NCBI GenBank assembly: GCA_963798845.1
Contig: CAWCUS010000004.1
Location: 192,001 to 256,000, forward strand
DNA from: an uncultured Gemmatimonadales bacterium
GTDB lineage: Bacteria; Gemmatimonadota; Gemmatimonadetes; Longimicrobiales; RSA9
DNA length: 64,000 nucleotides
Direction: 5' to 3'
The position numbers and the translations under genes were made by a program. This document shows, one piece after another, positions 9,988 through 20,810 of the stretch; positions within the stretch are counted from its first letter, which is position 1; the number at the start of each line of letters is the position of its first letter. The notes under the pieces are model-generated. The model had not been told where the DNA came from. It ran no database searches and worked only from the letters and a program-made list of their open reading frames with translations.

Positions 9988-12579
9988 AGCGCCGAGGTGG
10001 CCGAGCGCGCGGTCGATCCAGCGTCGATCACCCTGGAGGGCTCGGATCCCTGCCACCACGTCCGGATACTCCGCCTCCAGCCGACGGAGCTCCGCCGCCG
10101 CGCTGTCCGGGTGCAGGCTCATCCGGCGCCCGGTCTGCTCCAGCCCAATGTGCTGGTCGCGGGGCCAGTCGTCCGGCCACAGGTTCTCCAGAAGCCGGGC
10201 CGCGCGGTGGAGCCGGGACAGCCGGCCGGGGACGCCATCCAGGAGCGTCGGATCGCGATCGGCAGGGAGCTCGATCACCACCTCCCTCGCCCGCCGCACG
10301 CTCGCCGACGGCAGCGCGATGATCGTGGTGACACGGTCGCCGTCGTACCGCCACCCCGGGCTGCGCCCGTCCGGCCGGTACTCCACCTCGCTGCCGTCGG
10401 CGCTCACGCGCTGCGGCGGCCACGTGCCTGGAAGACGCAGCTCCAGGGCCCGCGCCTGCGGCATGCCGGGATAGCTCCCCTGCGCGGGAGAGACGGTGAT
10501 CCGCACGCGATCGGTCGACCAATGCTGCCGGACGGTCGTGCGTGCGAAATCACCGCGGAGGTAGCCGGGGGAGTCGCCTGCGTCTTCGTATACGCGTGCG
10601 CTCCCCGAGTCGCCGGGGAACAGCGACAGGATCAGCGGTTCGAGCGGGCGCGCGCCGGAGCGGAGCGTGGGCGGCGCCATGGGGATGATCGCGCCGGCCC
10701 GGGCGTAGACGGGGATCTCGTCCAGGGCGAAGCTCCGGTGCACCACGGCCGGCCCGGCCAGCCGCGAGCCCGTGTCCCACTCGTACCATTCTCCCGGCGG
10801 CAGCCACACGTCGCGGCCGGCCAGGAGAGTGGAGCTGTCCATCGGGGAGGTGACGGGGCTCACCAGGAGGTCGGGGCCGAACATGTACTGCCCGCCGAAG
10901 CGGTACGCCTCGTCCGATTCGGGCCAGCCGTAGTACATCGGCCGGACCGGCGAGACTCCCGTTTCGTACGCCGCACGGGCCGCCGTGTACAGGTACGGGA
11001 TGAGCGCGTACCTGCGCTGGAATGCCCGCCTCATCGCGTCGAAGTACTCGGGTGGGTACGCCCAGATCCGCCGCTCCGCCTCTGGGTTCTTCGTGGTGTG
11101 GGTGCGCAGGATCGGGGAGAAGACCCCGAACTGGATCCAGCGGGTGTACAGCTCCGGCGACACGGTGCCGGGAAGGTGGCCGCCGATGTCGTGGCTCCAG
11201 TAGCCGTAGAGCACGTTCGACGCGGTGGCGGTGAAGAGCGGCTCGAACGCCAGCATGGTCCACGTCGAGTGCGCGTCGCCGGAGAAGCCGATCTGATACC
11301 GGTGATTGCCGAGCCCGCCGTAGCGGTGGAAGAGGATCGGCCGCTCATCCGGACGGTGCCGCTGGAAGTCCGTGAAGAAGACGTAGTTCAGCCAGAAGGT
11401 CGGGTTGAGCCCCGGCACCGATGTCTCGCTCCACTGCTGCCAGTCCAGCCACCAGAAATCGACGCCCTGCCGCTCGAGCGGGTGGATCACGAGATCGAAG
11501 TAGTGGCGCGCGAACCCCTTGTCCTCGATCCGGAACGGGACGTAGCGGCGCGTGGTCGGGTCGATCCCTTCCGCCAGCGCCATGGCCTCGTACTGCGCTT
11601 CGTGCGGCTGGATCCCCGACGCCGGATGCAGGTTCAGCGGCGTCTTCAATCCGTGCGCCTCCGCCCATGTCAGGAAACGCTCCGGGGCTGGGAAGTACGC
11701 CCGGTCCCACGTGTAGCCGGTCCACCCCTTCCTCTGGCCCGCCTGGTCCTGCTCGTCGTCGCGCCAGCGCAGCTCGAACGTGTTGTGCCAGTCCATGTCG
11801 ATCACGAGCACGTCCAGCGGGACCCCGTGGTCGTCGAACTCGCCCACCAGATCCACCAGCTCGGCGTCCGTGTACGCCCAGTAGCGAGACCACCAGGCGC
11901 CGAACGCGAACCGCGGCGGGATCGGGATGTACCCGGCGACGCGCGCGAAATCGCCGAGCGCGGCCGCATAGTCGTGGCCGTACCCCAGGAACGTCCAGTC
12001 GACCCGCTCACCCGGGGGACGCCGCGCAGCCCACGGCCACTCGCTTCCGTCGAGAACCGGCCGGTCGCTGTCATCCACGATGGCCCAGCCGTCCCGGGAG
12101 AGCAGCCCGTCACCGAGCGGCACCGGCTCGCCCACGCCGTCCAGCGTGCGGATCGTCCCGCCCAGGTTCGCCGTGTCTGCCGTTCCCGGCCGCCATGTCA
12201 CCGTCCGCCCGGCCACTTCAAGCCTCACTTCGAGGTTCGTCGAGTCGAAGCGGGCTTCGCCCCGGTAGCGCACCTGGAGCGCGCCCGTGTCAATGACGTG
12301 CGACTGGCCCTCCGTGCTTGTCTCGTATTCCGGAACAGGGAGCTTGCGGGTCAGGAAGACGAGGGAGGCGCGGTCCTCGAAGCGCCCGTCCGCAGACCAC
12401 TCCATCCGCACCATCCGGGGAGTGAGAACCGTGAATCGCGCGTGGCCCAGGGTGACGACGGCGTCAGGGTCCGCCACCGGTGCCTGCGGCTGCTGCGCCG
12501 GGGTGGGAGCAGGGGACAGCGCAATGGCCGCCCAGAGGAGCGCGGCCATGGGAAACGGAAGCCGCGTGTGTCCGTTCAT
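9922..12579 (-). CDS. Secreted glycoside hydrolase family 31
   Basis: Signal peptide; [44 protein letters not shown]. Confidence 0.9.
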   Translation of the reverse strand: MNGHTRLPFPMAALLWAAIALSPAPTPAQQPQAPVADPDAVVTLGHARFTVLTPRMVRMEWSADGRFEDRASLVFLTRKLPVPEYETSTEGQSHVIDTGALQVRYRGEARFDSTNLEVRLEVAGRTVTWRPGTADTANLGGTIRTLDGVGEPVPLGDGLLSRDGWAIVDDSDRPVLDGSEWPWAARRPPGERVDWTFLGYGHDYAAALGDFARVAGYIPIPPRFAFGAWWSRYWAYTDAELVDLVGEFDDHGVPLDVLVIDMDWHNTFELRWRDDEQDQAGQRKGWTGYTWDRAYFPAPERFLTWAEAHGLKTPLNLHPASGIQPHEAQYEAMALAEGIDPTTRRYVPFRIEDKGFARHYFDLVIHPLERQGVDFWWLDWQQWSETSVPGLNPTFWLNYVFFTDFQRHRPDERPILFHRYGGLGNHRYQIGFSGDAHSTWTMLAFEPLFTATASNVLYGYWSHDIGGHLPGTVSPELYTRWIQFGVFSPILRTHTTKNPEAERRIWAYPPEYFDAMRRAFQRRYALIPYLYTAARAAYETGVSPVRPMYYGWPESDEAYRFGGQYMFGPDLLVSPVTSPMDSSTLLAGRDVWLPPGEWYEWDTGSRLAGPAVVHRSFALDEIPVYARAGAIIPMAPPTLRSGARPLEPLILSLFPGDSGSARVYEDAGDSPGYLRGDFARTTVRQHWSTDRVRITVSPAQGSYPGMPQARALELRLPGTWPPQRVSADGSEVEYRPDGRSPGWRYDGDRVTTIIALPSASVRRAREVVIELPADRDPTLLDGVPGRLSRLHRAARLLENLWPDDWPRDQHIGLEQTGRRMSLHPDSAAAELRRLEAEYPDVVAGIRALQGDRRWIDRALGHLGASLPGQDPSPRSGPARHDAPIG

Positions 12580-12767
12580 GCGACCAGGATCCGCACCGCG
12601 CCCGGCCGGCGCAAGCCCCGGCTCACTTCCCCTCGGCCCGCCGTCGCCGTAGTTTGCACCCTGCCCAGATAGCCGCCGCGGCGCCGGAAGCTCGCCGCGG
12701 GAGCGCTGCTTTCGAGCGGGGCGGCCGCAGCCGCCCCCTTCCGTCTGAACCAGGCCCCACGGCTCCC

Positions 12768-13988
12768 ATGCAGCCTTATCTCACCGATGAGCACGAGGCC
12801 CACCGCCGCGACGTGCGCGCGTTCGCGGAGGCGGAGATCGCCCCGGTGGCGAAGGAGCTGGACGAGCAGAGCCGCTTTCCCTGGGACAACGTCGCACGGA
12901 TGGCGGAGCGCGGCTGGTTCGGCGTCAACGTTCCGGAAGAGTACGGCGGCCTCGGCCGCGACTACCTGACGTATATCCTCACCGTGGAGGAGCTGGCCCG
13001 GACGGACGCGAGCCACTCCATCACCGTGAGCGCCCACAGCACCCTCGCGCTGTCCCCGATCCTGAACTTCGGCACCGAGGAGCAGAGGCAGCGCTACGTG
13101 CCGCTCCTGGCCTCGGGGCGCGTCCTCGGCGGCTTCGGGTTGACCGAGGCGGACGCGGGCTCCGACGCGAGTGGCAGCCGCACCACCGCCATCCGCGAGA
13201 ACGGCCACTACCGGTTGAGCGGAAGCAAGATCTTCATCACCCACGCCGGTGTGGGTGAGATCTTCGTCGCCACGGCCGTGACGGATCGCAGCCAGGGCTC
13301 ACGCGGGATCACCAGCTTCATCGTCACCAAAGAGACCACCGACCGCGTAGAGGCCGACCGCGTAGGCGTCGGCCATGCGCCCGAGCTCGAGCCCTACATG
13401 GCGGGCGTGCGAGCGGGCAAGAAGGAAGAGAAGATGGGCTGGCGCGCGTCAGACACGCGCGAGCTCCTTTTCGACGACGTGCAGGTCCCGGCCGCCAACC
13501 GGCTGGGCGAGGAAGGGCAGGGGTTCGTCAATTTCATGAAGACGCTGGACGCCGGTCGCATCGGCGTCGGCGCGCTGGCGCTCGGGCTCGCCCAGGGCGC
13601 ATTCGAGACCGCGCTCCTCTTTTCCGACCGCCGTCGTCAGTTCGGTAGACCTCTGCGGAACTTCCAGGGTATACAGTTCCGGCTGGCCGACATGGCCACA
13701 CGAATACAGGCCGCACGGCACCTCGTCTATCATGCTGCGTGGCTAAAGGATACGGGTCGCTCGTACACGAAGGAGGCCTCCATGGCCAAGCTGTACGCCA
13801 GCGACGCCGCAATGGAAATAACCACCCAGGCGGTGCAGCTGCTGGGAGGTCACGGGTACACGAACGACTATCCCGTTGAACGGCACATGCGCGACGCAAA
13901 GGTCTGCCAGATCGGCGAAGGCACGAACGAGATCCAGCGCCTCGTCATCGCGCGCCAGCTCTTCGATGAGAATTTCGACGGGAGATGA
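12768..13988 (+). CDS. Acyl-CoA dehydrogenase
   Basis: FGLTEADAGSD, GSKIFIT, RRQFG, QLLGGHGY, IGEGTNEIQR. Confidence 0.93.
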   Translation: MQPYLTDEHEAHRRDVRAFAEAEIAPVAKELDEQSRFPWDNVARMAERGWFGVNVPEEYGGLGRDYLTYILTVEELARTDASHSITVSAHSTLALSPILNFGTEEQRQRYVPLLASGRVLGGFGLTEADAGSDASGSRTTAIRENGHYRLSGSKIFITHAGVGEIFVATAVTDRSQGSRGITSFIVTKETTDRVEADRVGVGHAPELEPYMAGVRAGKKEEKMGWRASDTRELLFDDVQVPAANRLGEEGQGFVNFMKTLDAGRIGVGALALGLAQGAFETALLFSDRRRQFGRPLRNFQGIQFRLADMATRIQAARHLVYHAAWLKDTGRSYTKEASMAKLYASDAAMEITTQAVQLLGGHGYTNDYPVERHMRDAKVCQIGEGTNEIQRLVIARQLFDENFDGR

Positions 13989-13999
13989 GCATGTGAGGC

Positions 14000-15514
14000 A
14001 TGAAGCGAGAAATTCTGATCTCGTCCGCGCCGCTCGAAGCGCGCGTGGCGATACTCGAGGACGACATCCTCGTCGAGTTCCTGGTCGAGCGCCCCGACGC
14101 GGGCCGCATCGTCGGTGACATCTACCTGGGGGAGGTCCAGGCGGTCCTCCCCGGGATTCAGGCCGCCTTCGTCGAGATCGGCACGGACAAGGCTGCCTTC
14201 CTCCACGCCTCCGACCTCGCCGAGGAGGAGGACGAGGACGACAACGGGAACGGCGGCAACGGCCGACGCAGCCACCCTCCCATCGAGGAGGTGGTGAAGA
14301 AGGGGCAGAAGGTCCTCGTCCAGGTGACGAAGGAGGCCATCTCCACCAAGGGGCCCCGCGTCACCAGCCAGATCTCCCTTCCCGGCCGCTTCCTCGTCCT
14401 CATGCCGCAGTCCGATCACGTCGGCGTCAGCCGCAAGATCGAAGACCGCGAGGAGCGCACTCGCCTCCGCCGCATGGCGAAGGAGAACCTCCCCGCCGAT
14501 TCCGGAGGCCTGATCATCCGGACGGCGGGCGAGGAGCTCACGCCCGAGCTGTTCAAGCGCGAGCTCAAGACCCTCCTCGCCACCTGGGAGCAGATCCAGA
14601 AGAAGGCGAAAGCCGTCCGCGCCCCGGCACTCGTTCACCGCGAGGCCGGCCTCACCAAGGGGATCATCCGCGACATCTTCACCAACAAGGTTGACTCCCT
14701 CACCGTGGACAGCCGCGACGTCTACGATGAGATCGAGCGCTACCTCGACGGGATCGACCCCGACCTCATGGAGCGCGTCCACCTCTACGACGAACCGCTC
14801 CCCCTCTTCGACGAATACGGCGTGGAGGAGGCCATCCGCGAAGCCTTCCAGAGACGCGTCGACCTCCCTTCCGGCGGCTACGTCATCATCGAGCCCACCG
14901 AGGCCCTCGTCTCCGTCGACGTCAACACGGGAAGGTACACCGGGAAGAAGGACCCCGAGAAGACGATCCTGAAGACCAACCTCGACGCCGCTCGTGAGGT
15001 CGCCCGCCAGCTCCGCCTCCGCGACATCGGCGGGATCATCGTGGTCGACTTCATCGACATGGAGGCCAAGGCCAACCAGGACCGAGTCCTCCAGGAGCTC
15101 CGAACCTATCTCAATAGGGACCGCGCCCGCACTCGCGCCTTCCAGGTCTCGGAGCTCGGCCTCGTGGAGATGACCCGTCAGCGCGTGCGCCCCAGCCTCT
15201 ACTACTCCCTCACCGAGCCGTGCGCCCACTGCGATGGCGCCGGTCGCGTCTTCACCCCGGAAACCGTGGTCCGCCGCATCGAGCGCGCGCTGCGGCGCGC
15301 CGCAGCCAACGGCGCCGACCGCCGCCTCTCCATCCGCCTCCACCCCCAGGTGGCGCTCCACATCCTCGAGGATGAGCCCGACTTCCTGCGCCGCGTGGCC
15401 GGCCGCCTGCGGCTCGACCTCGATCTCCGCGACGACCCGCTCATGAAGGCCGACGAGTTCCGACTCCTCTCCGGTCCCGCCCGCACGGATGTGACCGCCC
15501 GCTACGCGGTGTAG
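14000..15514 (+). CDS. rng: Rne/Rng family ribonuclease (RNase G length)
   Basis: S1 domain, VQVTKEAISTKGPR, DVNTG, LRDIGGIIVVDFIDM. Confidence 0.9.
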   Translation: MKREILISSAPLEARVAILEDDILVEFLVERPDAGRIVGDIYLGEVQAVLPGIQAAFVEIGTDKAAFLHASDLAEEEDEDDNGNGGNGRRSHPPIEEVVKKGQKVLVQVTKEAISTKGPRVTSQISLPGRFLVLMPQSDHVGVSRKIEDREERTRLRRMAKENLPADSGGLIIRTAGEELTPELFKRELKTLLATWEQIQKKAKAVRAPALVHREAGLTKGIIRDIFTNKVDSLTVDSRDVYDEIERYLDGIDPDLMERVHLYDEPLPLFDEYGVEEAIREAFQRRVDLPSGGYVIIEPTEALVSVDVNTGRYTGKKDPEKTILKTNLDAAREVARQLRLRDIGGIIVVDFIDMEAKANQDRVLQELRTYLNRDRARTRAFQVSELGLVEMTRQRVRPSLYYSLTEPCAHCDGAGRVFTPETVVRRIERALRRAAANGADRRLSIRLHPQVALHILEDEPDFLRRVAGRLRLDLDLRDDPLMKADEFRLLSGPARTDVTARYAV

Positions 15515-15566
15515 AACGGCCGGAGGACGCGGGATCCCGCGTGCCGGCGTCGTGGCTTCGAGCCCT

Positions 15567-15595
15567 TGACTCACCGCCATCCTTCGCCCAAATTC
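15567..15595 (+). promoter_or_regulatory. Sigma70-type promoter of rplU-rpmA
   Basis: TTGACT-17 nt-CAAATT. Confidence 0.45.
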
Positions 15596-15628
15596 TTCCG
15601 TCTGTACACGAACCTGAAGACGGCCATT

Positions 15629-15943
15629 ATGTACGCGATCATCCGCACTGGCGGAAAGCAGTTCCGGGCCGAGCCCGGTCAGACGATCAAGATCCCGTCG
15701 CTCAAGGCCGACGTGGGCGAGACCGTGACGTTCGACGACGTCCTGGTCGCGCACACGGACGGCGGCCTGCAGGTGGGCGCGCCGAGCGTGGATGGCGCCT
15801 CTGTCACGGGCGAGGTGCTGGAGCACGGGAAGGGCAAGAAGGTGATCGTGTTCAAGTGGAAGCGGCGGAAGAACTATCGTCGCAAGAAGGGCCACCGTCA
15901 GAAGTTCACGGCGGTCCGGATCGATCAGATCAACGCCGGCTGA
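15629..15943 (+). CDS. rplU: 50S ribosomal protein L21
   Basis: [12 protein letters not shown]...KGHRQ. Confidence 0.98.
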   Translation: MYAIIRTGGKQFRAEPGQTIKIPSLKADVGETVTFDDVLVAHTDGGLQVGAPSVDGASVTGEVLEHGKGKKVIVFKWKRRKNYRRKKGHRQKFTAVRIDQINAG

Positions 15944-15957
15944 GCGGGAGGTAGCAG

Positions 15958-16215
15958 ATGGCACACAAGAAGGGCGTCGGCTCGACCCGGAACGGCCGCG
16001 ATTCGAATCCGCAATACCTGGGCGTGAAGAAGTACGGCGGCGAGAGCGTGCTGGCGGGGAACATCCTGGTGCGTCAGCGCGGGACCAAGTTCCACCCGGG
16101 CCGGAACGTGGGTCGCGGGAAGGATGACACGTTGTTCGCGCTCGTCAGCGGCGTGGTGACGTTCGAGCGCCGGGGCCGTGACCGCAAGCAGGTGTCGGTC
16201 TATCCGGCCGAGTAG
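15958..16215 (+). CDS. rpmA: 50S ribosomal protein L27
   Basis: [16 protein letters not shown]...[11 protein letters not shown]. Confidence 0.98.
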   Translation: MAHKKGVGSTRNGRDSNPQYLGVKKYGGESVLAGNILVRQRGTKFHPGRNVGRGKDDTLFALVSGVVTFERRGRDRKQVSVYPAE

Positions 16216-16240
16216 CTGCCGGGTCGGCAGGGAGATGGAT

Positions 16241-16273
16241 GCCCCTCGCGGCGAGCGCCGCGGGGGGCCTTTT
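16241..16273 (+). terminator. Intrinsic terminator after rpmA
   Basis: 12-bp stem GCCCCTCGCGGC/GCCGCGGGGGGC followed by CTTTT. Confidence 0.7.
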
Positions 16274-16343
16274 GCAGGCGGCTTGGTGGCCCCGAACGTG
16301 CATGCGGAGGCGCGTGACCGGCAACCTGAAGAGAGCGAGCGGC

Positions 16344-16805
16344 ATGGAAGACCAGGAGAGGTCGCGGGTTCGCAGGACGGGGGCGATCCGCAGCACGGAC
16401 CTTGAGCCGTACACCGGTCTCCGATGGGTGGCCACCATCTTCAAGGCCGCGGCGGTCTTCATCTTCGTGGCCCTGGCGGCGGAGTTCGTGGCAGGGTTGC
16501 GCATGACCGGCCCGGCGTCGTTGCCGGCGCTGCTCGGCGAGACGGCCCGGACGGCGGTCGTGGCGGTGGTCCTCTGGGGGGGTGGCGACCTGGTCCGCCT
16601 CCTCGTGGACATGGGTCACGATGTGCGTGCGCAGCGGATCCTCATGGTCCGGCTCCTGAGCCGCACGCCACGACGGACGCGGCCGAACGTCGTTCCGGAC
16701 CTGCTGGACCAGGAAGAGGCGGAGGCGGAAAGCCTCGATGCCGCCGAGGCGGGGCTCGCAGAGGCACAGCAGTCGGCGCCCGAGGACGCGAGCTCGGCCG
16801 CCTGA
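16344..16805 (+). CDS. Hypothetical two-helix membrane protein
   Basis: Two hydrophobic segments, acidic tail, normal codon bias. Confidence 0.65.
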   Translation: MEDQERSRVRRTGAIRSTDLEPYTGLRWVATIFKAAAVFIFVALAAEFVAGLRMTGPASLPALLGETARTAVVAVVLWGGGDLVRLLVDMGHDVRAQRILMVRLLSRTPRRTRPNVVPDLLDQEEAEAESLDAAEAGLAEAQQSAPEDASSAA

Positions 16806-16815
16806 GCCTCGCCGC

Positions 16816-17130
16816 TCAGCGTCCGCCCGGCTCCGCTCCGCTCCGCTCCTGTCCCATCGACTCCTCTCCCCCCGGTTGGCCGAGATCGCGCAGGCTCCTC
16901 GCCACCGCGTCCAGGGCGGCACTCACGTGGTCCAGGAGCTCGCGGGTGGCCGAGAGCGTGAGTCCCTCCGCGCCCACGAGCGACTTCAGGCGGCGGATCC
17001 GGGCGGCGGAGTAGGCGATGGTTTCCGCGGGGTCAGCGTCGGAGGCCGGGGCCGCGGCCGTGTCCTCGCCAAACGGGTTCGCGGGACGCGCTGCGTCGAT
17101 CGGGTCGTCGGCGAACGGATTCTTCGGCAC
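16816..17130 (-). CDS. Small hypothetical protein, last gene of CoA operon
   Basis: GGAGG RBS overlapping the upstream stop; GTG start (17130 or 17136); helical C-terminal half. Confidence 0.55.
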   Translation of the reverse strand: MPKNPFADDPIDAARPANPFGEDTAAAPASDADPAETIAYSAARIRRLKSLVGAEGLTLSATRELLDHVSAALDAVARSLRDLGQPGGEESMGQERSGAEPGGR

Positions 17131-17132
17131 GG

Positions 17133-17915
17133 TCACCTCCCCTTGAAGTCCGCGGCGCGCTTCTCCAGGAATGCCGAGACGCCCTCGGCGCGGTCGTCGC
17201 TCCCGAACGCGGTGAGGAACAGCTCTCGCTCGAGGGCCAGCCCGTCGCGCATCGGCAGCTCCGCCGCCGCGCGCACGGCCTCCTTGATGAGCTTCAGGGC
17301 CACGGGCGAGTGCCGGGCGATGGCTACGGCCAGCTCGCGCGTGCGGTCGGCGAGCCCGTCGTCGTCGACGACCTCCTCCACCAGTCCGATCCGCTCTGCC
17401 TCGTCCGCGGTGATGATCTCGCCCGTGAGGATGAGCCGCAGGGCGCGGCCGTGGCCCACGAGCCGTGGGAGCCGCTGCGTGCCGCCGCCGCCCGGGAGCA
17501 GCGCGAGGTTGACTTCCGGCTGGCCCAGCCGGGCCGATCGCGCGGCGATGCGGAGGTCGCACGCGAGGGCCAGCTCACAGCCGCCGCCGAGCGCGTAGCC
17601 GTTGATCGAAGCGATCGTTGGCTTCGGAAAGTCCGCCACCGCGTCGTAGACGCGACGGCCTTCCATGGCGGCGCGCTGCTGCAGTACGGTCCGCTCGGCG
17701 AATTCCGCGATGTCGGCGCCCGCGATGAACGCCCTTTCCCCCGCGCCGGTGAACACCACGACGCGGACGTCCTGGTCGCCGGCCAGTCGATCCAGGACGC
17801 GCGTGATCTCGCTTCGTACCCGCGTGTTCAGCGCGTTCCGCTTCTCGGGCCGGTCCACCGTGATCGTGGCGACCCGGTCCACCGTGGCCACGTGCAGCGT
17901 CTCGAGCTCGGTCAT
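17133..17915 (-). CDS. Enoyl-CoA hydratase (crotonase)
   Basis: AFIAGADI, ALGGGCELALACD, GQPEV, GGTQRLPR. Confidence 0.92.
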   Translation of the reverse strand: MTELETLHVATVDRVATITVDRPEKRNALNTRVRSEITRVLDRLAGDQDVRVVVFTGAGERAFIAGADIAEFAERTVLQQRAAMEGRRVYDAVADFPKPTIASINGYALGGGCELALACDLRIAARSARLGQPEVNLALLPGGGGTQRLPRLVGHGRALRLILTGEIITADEAERIGLVEEVVDDDGLADRTRELAVAIARHSPVALKLIKEAVRAAAELPMRDGLALERELFLTAFGSDDRAEGVSAFLEKRAADFKGR

Positions 17916-18820
17916 CGGTCCTCCGCGGACTCGGACCAATCGTAGAATCCTCGCCCGCTCTTCTGTCCCAGCTCGCCTGCGTCCACCTTCCGGCGCAGGA
18001 TGTCGGGCGGGCGGAAGCGCTCGGCGGCGAGCGCTTCGTGGAGGTACTCGGCCACGTGCAGTCGGACGTCGAGTCCCACCAGATCGGTGAGGCGGAGCGG
18101 CCCCATGGGGTGGCGGTAGCCGAGCGTCATGGCCGCGTCGATGTCCTCGGCGCTGGCCACGCCCTCCTCCAGCATGCGCATCGCCTCCAACCCCAGCGCC
18201 ACTCCGAGACGCGAGGAGGCGAACCCGGGCGAGTCCCGGACGATGATGGGCTCCTTCCCGATCCAGCGGACGAAGGAGACGCCGACATCCAGGGCTCGGT
18301 CGGACGTCTCCCGCCCCCGCACCACCTCCACGAGCTTCATGATGTGGACGGGGTTGAAGAAGTGGAGCCCCAGCATCCGTTCGGGGTGGGCGAGAGCCTT
18401 CTGCATGGCGCTCACGCTCAGGCTGCTCGTGTTGCTCGCCAGCAGCGCACCCGCCGGCGACGCGCGTTCCGCCCGCGCCAGCACTTCCCGCTTGAGCGCC
18501 AACCGCTCGGGGACCGCCTCCACGACCATGTCCACGTCCGCGCACCCCGCCTCCAGGTCCGCCCCGCCGGTGATGCGCCCCACGGTTCGGTCGCGGAGCG
18601 CGGCGTCCACCTTCCCGCGCTCCACGCCGGTGTCCAGGTTCTGGCGGATCCGTCGCAGCCCCTCCTCTGCGAGGTCGGCGCTCCGGTCCACGAGCACTAC
18701 CTGCGCCCCGGCCATGCCGGCCACCTGGGCGATGCCGTGCCCCATGGTCCCGGCGCCCACGACCACCAGCTTGCGGACGCCGGCGCCGCCCGCCCGCGCC
18801 GCGTCGGGGGCTTCGCTCAT
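17912..18820 (-). CDS. 3-hydroxyacyl-CoA dehydrogenase
   Basis: GAGTMGHGIA, EAVPE, SNTSS, HFFNP, HPMGPL. Confidence 0.93.
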   Translation of the reverse strand: MSEAPDAARAGGAGVRKLVVVGAGTMGHGIAQVAGMAGAQVVLVDRSADLAEEGLRRIRQNLDTGVERGKVDAALRDRTVGRITGGADLEAGCADVDMVVEAVPERLALKREVLARAERASPAGALLASNTSSLSVSAMQKALAHPERMLGLHFFNPVHIMKLVEVVRGRETSDRALDVGVSFVRWIGKEPIIVRDSPGFASSRLGVALGLEAMRMLEEGVASAEDIDAAMTLGYRHPMGPLRLTDLVGLDVRLHVAEYLHEALAAERFRPPDILRRKVDAGELGQKSGRGFYDWSESAEDR

Positions 18821-19608
18821 CGGCCGAAGCGGGGGGCGCGCTTTTCCAGGAACGCCTGCACGCCTTCGCGGAACTCCTTCGAGCGGAACGCTCTCATCTG
18901 GGCGGCCGCTTCCATCTCCAGGATCTCGTCCAGGTCGGCCGCCAGACTCCGACGCAGCGTGCGCTTCGCGTCCGCGATCACCTCTGCCGGCCCGCCGGCG
19001 ATCTGGCCCGCGAGTCCGCGAACGGCTCCCTCCAGCTCGTCGGCGGGGACCACGCGGTTGAAGAGGCCCAGCCGCTCGGCGCGCCGGGCGTTGATCATGC
19101 CGCCGGTGAAGGTGAGTTCGGCGGCCAGTGCGGAGCCGATGAGGCGAGGGAGGTAGTAGGCGCCGCCCCAGTCCGGGTGGAGCCCGATGCGCGTGAACGT
19201 GAGACCGATGGACGCGTTCTGGCTCGCCACGCGGAGGTCGCACGCCAGCGCCAGGGACGCGCCCGCACCGGCAGCCGCGCCGTTGACGGCCGCGATCACC
19301 GGCTTCCGCATCTCGTCGATCCGCTTGACGATCCGGATTCCCGTGCGCACCAGTTCGGCGAATTCTTCCTCGGCGGCGCGCTCCGAGAGGTCGGCCATGT
19401 GCTGGACGTCGCCGCCCGTGCAGAAAGCCCGGCCGACGCCCGTCACGGCCACGCACCGTACGGCGGGGTCGTCGTCCAGCTCCTCCAGACCACGTTCGAG
19501 TAGCGTCCGCATCTCGCCGACGAGCGCGTTCAGCCGCTCCGGCCGGTTGATGCGGATCCAGCCCAGGTTGCCGGTCCGTTCCACCAGGATCTGCTTGTCT
19601 TCGCTCAT
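18817..19608 (-). CDS. Enoyl-CoA hydratase/isomerase, PaaG-like
   Basis: [29 protein letters not shown] (Asp-type active site). Confidence 0.85.
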   Translation of the reverse strand: MSEDKQILVERTGNLGWIRINRPERLNALVGEMRTLLERGLEELDDDPAVRCVAVTGVGRAFCTGGDVQHMADLSERAAEEEFAELVRTGIRIVKRIDEMRKPVIAAVNGAAAGAGASLALACDLRVASQNASIGLTFTRIGLHPDWGGAYYLPRLIGSALAAELTFTGGMINARRAERLGLFNRVVPADELEGAVRGLAGQIAGGPAEVIADAKRTLRRSLAADLDEILEMEAAAQMRAFRSKEFREGVQAFLEKRAPRFGR

Positions 19609-20810
19609 GCTGCATCCACTTCCACGATCGTCGCGATGCCCTGGCCCACCCCGATGCACATCGTGGCGAGACCGATGCCGCCGCCCCTGCGCTTCAGCTC
19701 GTGCACCAAGGTGGTGAGAATCCGGGCGCCGGAACAGCCGAGCGGGTGCCCCAGGGCGATTGCTCCCCCGTTGACGTTGACGATCGCGGGATCGAGTCCG
19801 AGCTCGTCGATGCACGCGATGCTCTGCGACGCGAACGCCTCGTTCAACTCCACCAGGTCCAGGTCGCCCAGCGTCATTCCCGCACGGTGGAGCGCCTTGC
19901 GCGTGGCGGGGATCGGGCCCAGCCCCATCAGGTCCGGTGCCACGCCGGCGACGGCGCCGGTCACGTACGTCGCCAGGGGACGCAACCCGAGGCCGGCCGC
20001 CCGATCCTCCGACATCACCACGAGCGCCGCCGCCCCGTCGTTCAGGCCGGACGAGTTCCCGGCCGTCACGGTGCCGCCCTCGAGAAAGGCGGGGGAGAGC
20101 TTGGCCAGCTTCTCCAGAGTGGTGTCGGCACGCGGATGCTCGTCCACATCCACGACCACGGGCGCCCCCTTTCGCTGCGGGACCTCAACCGGCACGATCT
20201 CGTCGTCGAAGCGGCCGGCAGCCATGGCGGCCGCGGCCTTTCGCTGGCTTTCCAGCGCGAAGCGGTCCTGCGCTTCGCGGTCGATTCCCCACTTCTTCGC
20301 CACGTTCTCCGCAGTGACGCCGAGCCCCACCGTCCAGTGATCGGGGAAGCGGGGATTCAGGAAGCGCCAACCCAGCATGGTGTCGGCGATCTCGGGCGAG
20401 CCGCGCGGGTACGCCGTTTCGGGCTTGAGCAGCACCCACGGCGCGCGGCTCATGGACTCCACTCCGCCCGCGGCGAACACGTTGCCCTCATCCACCCGGG
20501 CCGCGTGGCAGGCGCTGTTCACCGCCTGGAGGCCGGACCCGCACAGGCGGTTGATCGTCTGCCCGGCCACCTCGATAGGATAGCCTGCGAGCAGCGCCGA
20601 CATGCGGGCCACGTTCCGGTTGTCCTCGCCCGCCTGGTTCGCACACCCCAGCAGCACGTCCTCCACGAGAGCCGGATCGATCCCCGCTTCCTCCACCACA
20701 CCACGGAGCACGATGGCGGCGAGATCGTCGGGGCGGACGGAAGCGAGCGCCCCGCCCGCCCGGCCCACGGGCGTCCGCACCGCCGCCGCGATGACAGCGC
20801 GCGCGCTCAA
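19605..20810 (-). CDS. Thiolase, PaaJ/PcaF-like
   Basis: [48 protein letters not shown] start overlapping upstream TGA. Confidence 0.92.
   Translation of the reverse strand: MSARAVIAAAVRTPVGRAGGALASVRPDDLAAIVLRGVVEEAGIDPALVEDVLLGCANQAGEDNRNVARMSALLAGYPIEVAGQTINRLCGSGLQAVNSACHAARVDEGNVFAAGGVESMSRAPWVLLKPETAYPRGSPEIADTMLGWRFLNPRFPDHWTVGLGVTAENVAKKWGIDREAQDRFALESQRKAAAAMAAGRFDDEIVPVEVPQRKGAPVVVDVDEHPRADTTLEKLAKLSPAFLEGGTVTAGNSSGLNDGAAALVVMSEDRAAGLGLRPLATYVTGAVAGVAPDLMGLGPIPATRKALHRAGMTLGDLDLVELNEAFASQSIACIDELGLDPAIVNVNGGAIALGHPLGCSGARILTTLVHELKRRGGGIGLATMCIGVGQGIATIVEVDAA

Noticed and set aside
9997..12672. Long antisense or alternate-frame ORFs (also 54419..57229, 40969..43416, 13868..15964, 3934..5904)
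   Set aside because: Shadows of real genes, expected at this GC content; Arg/Pro-rich with no motifs
13600..13990. Slightly AT-richer codons at the 3' end of the acyl-CoA dehydrogenase
   Set aside because: Protein motifs are intact; too weak to call recombination and may reflect an internal promoter
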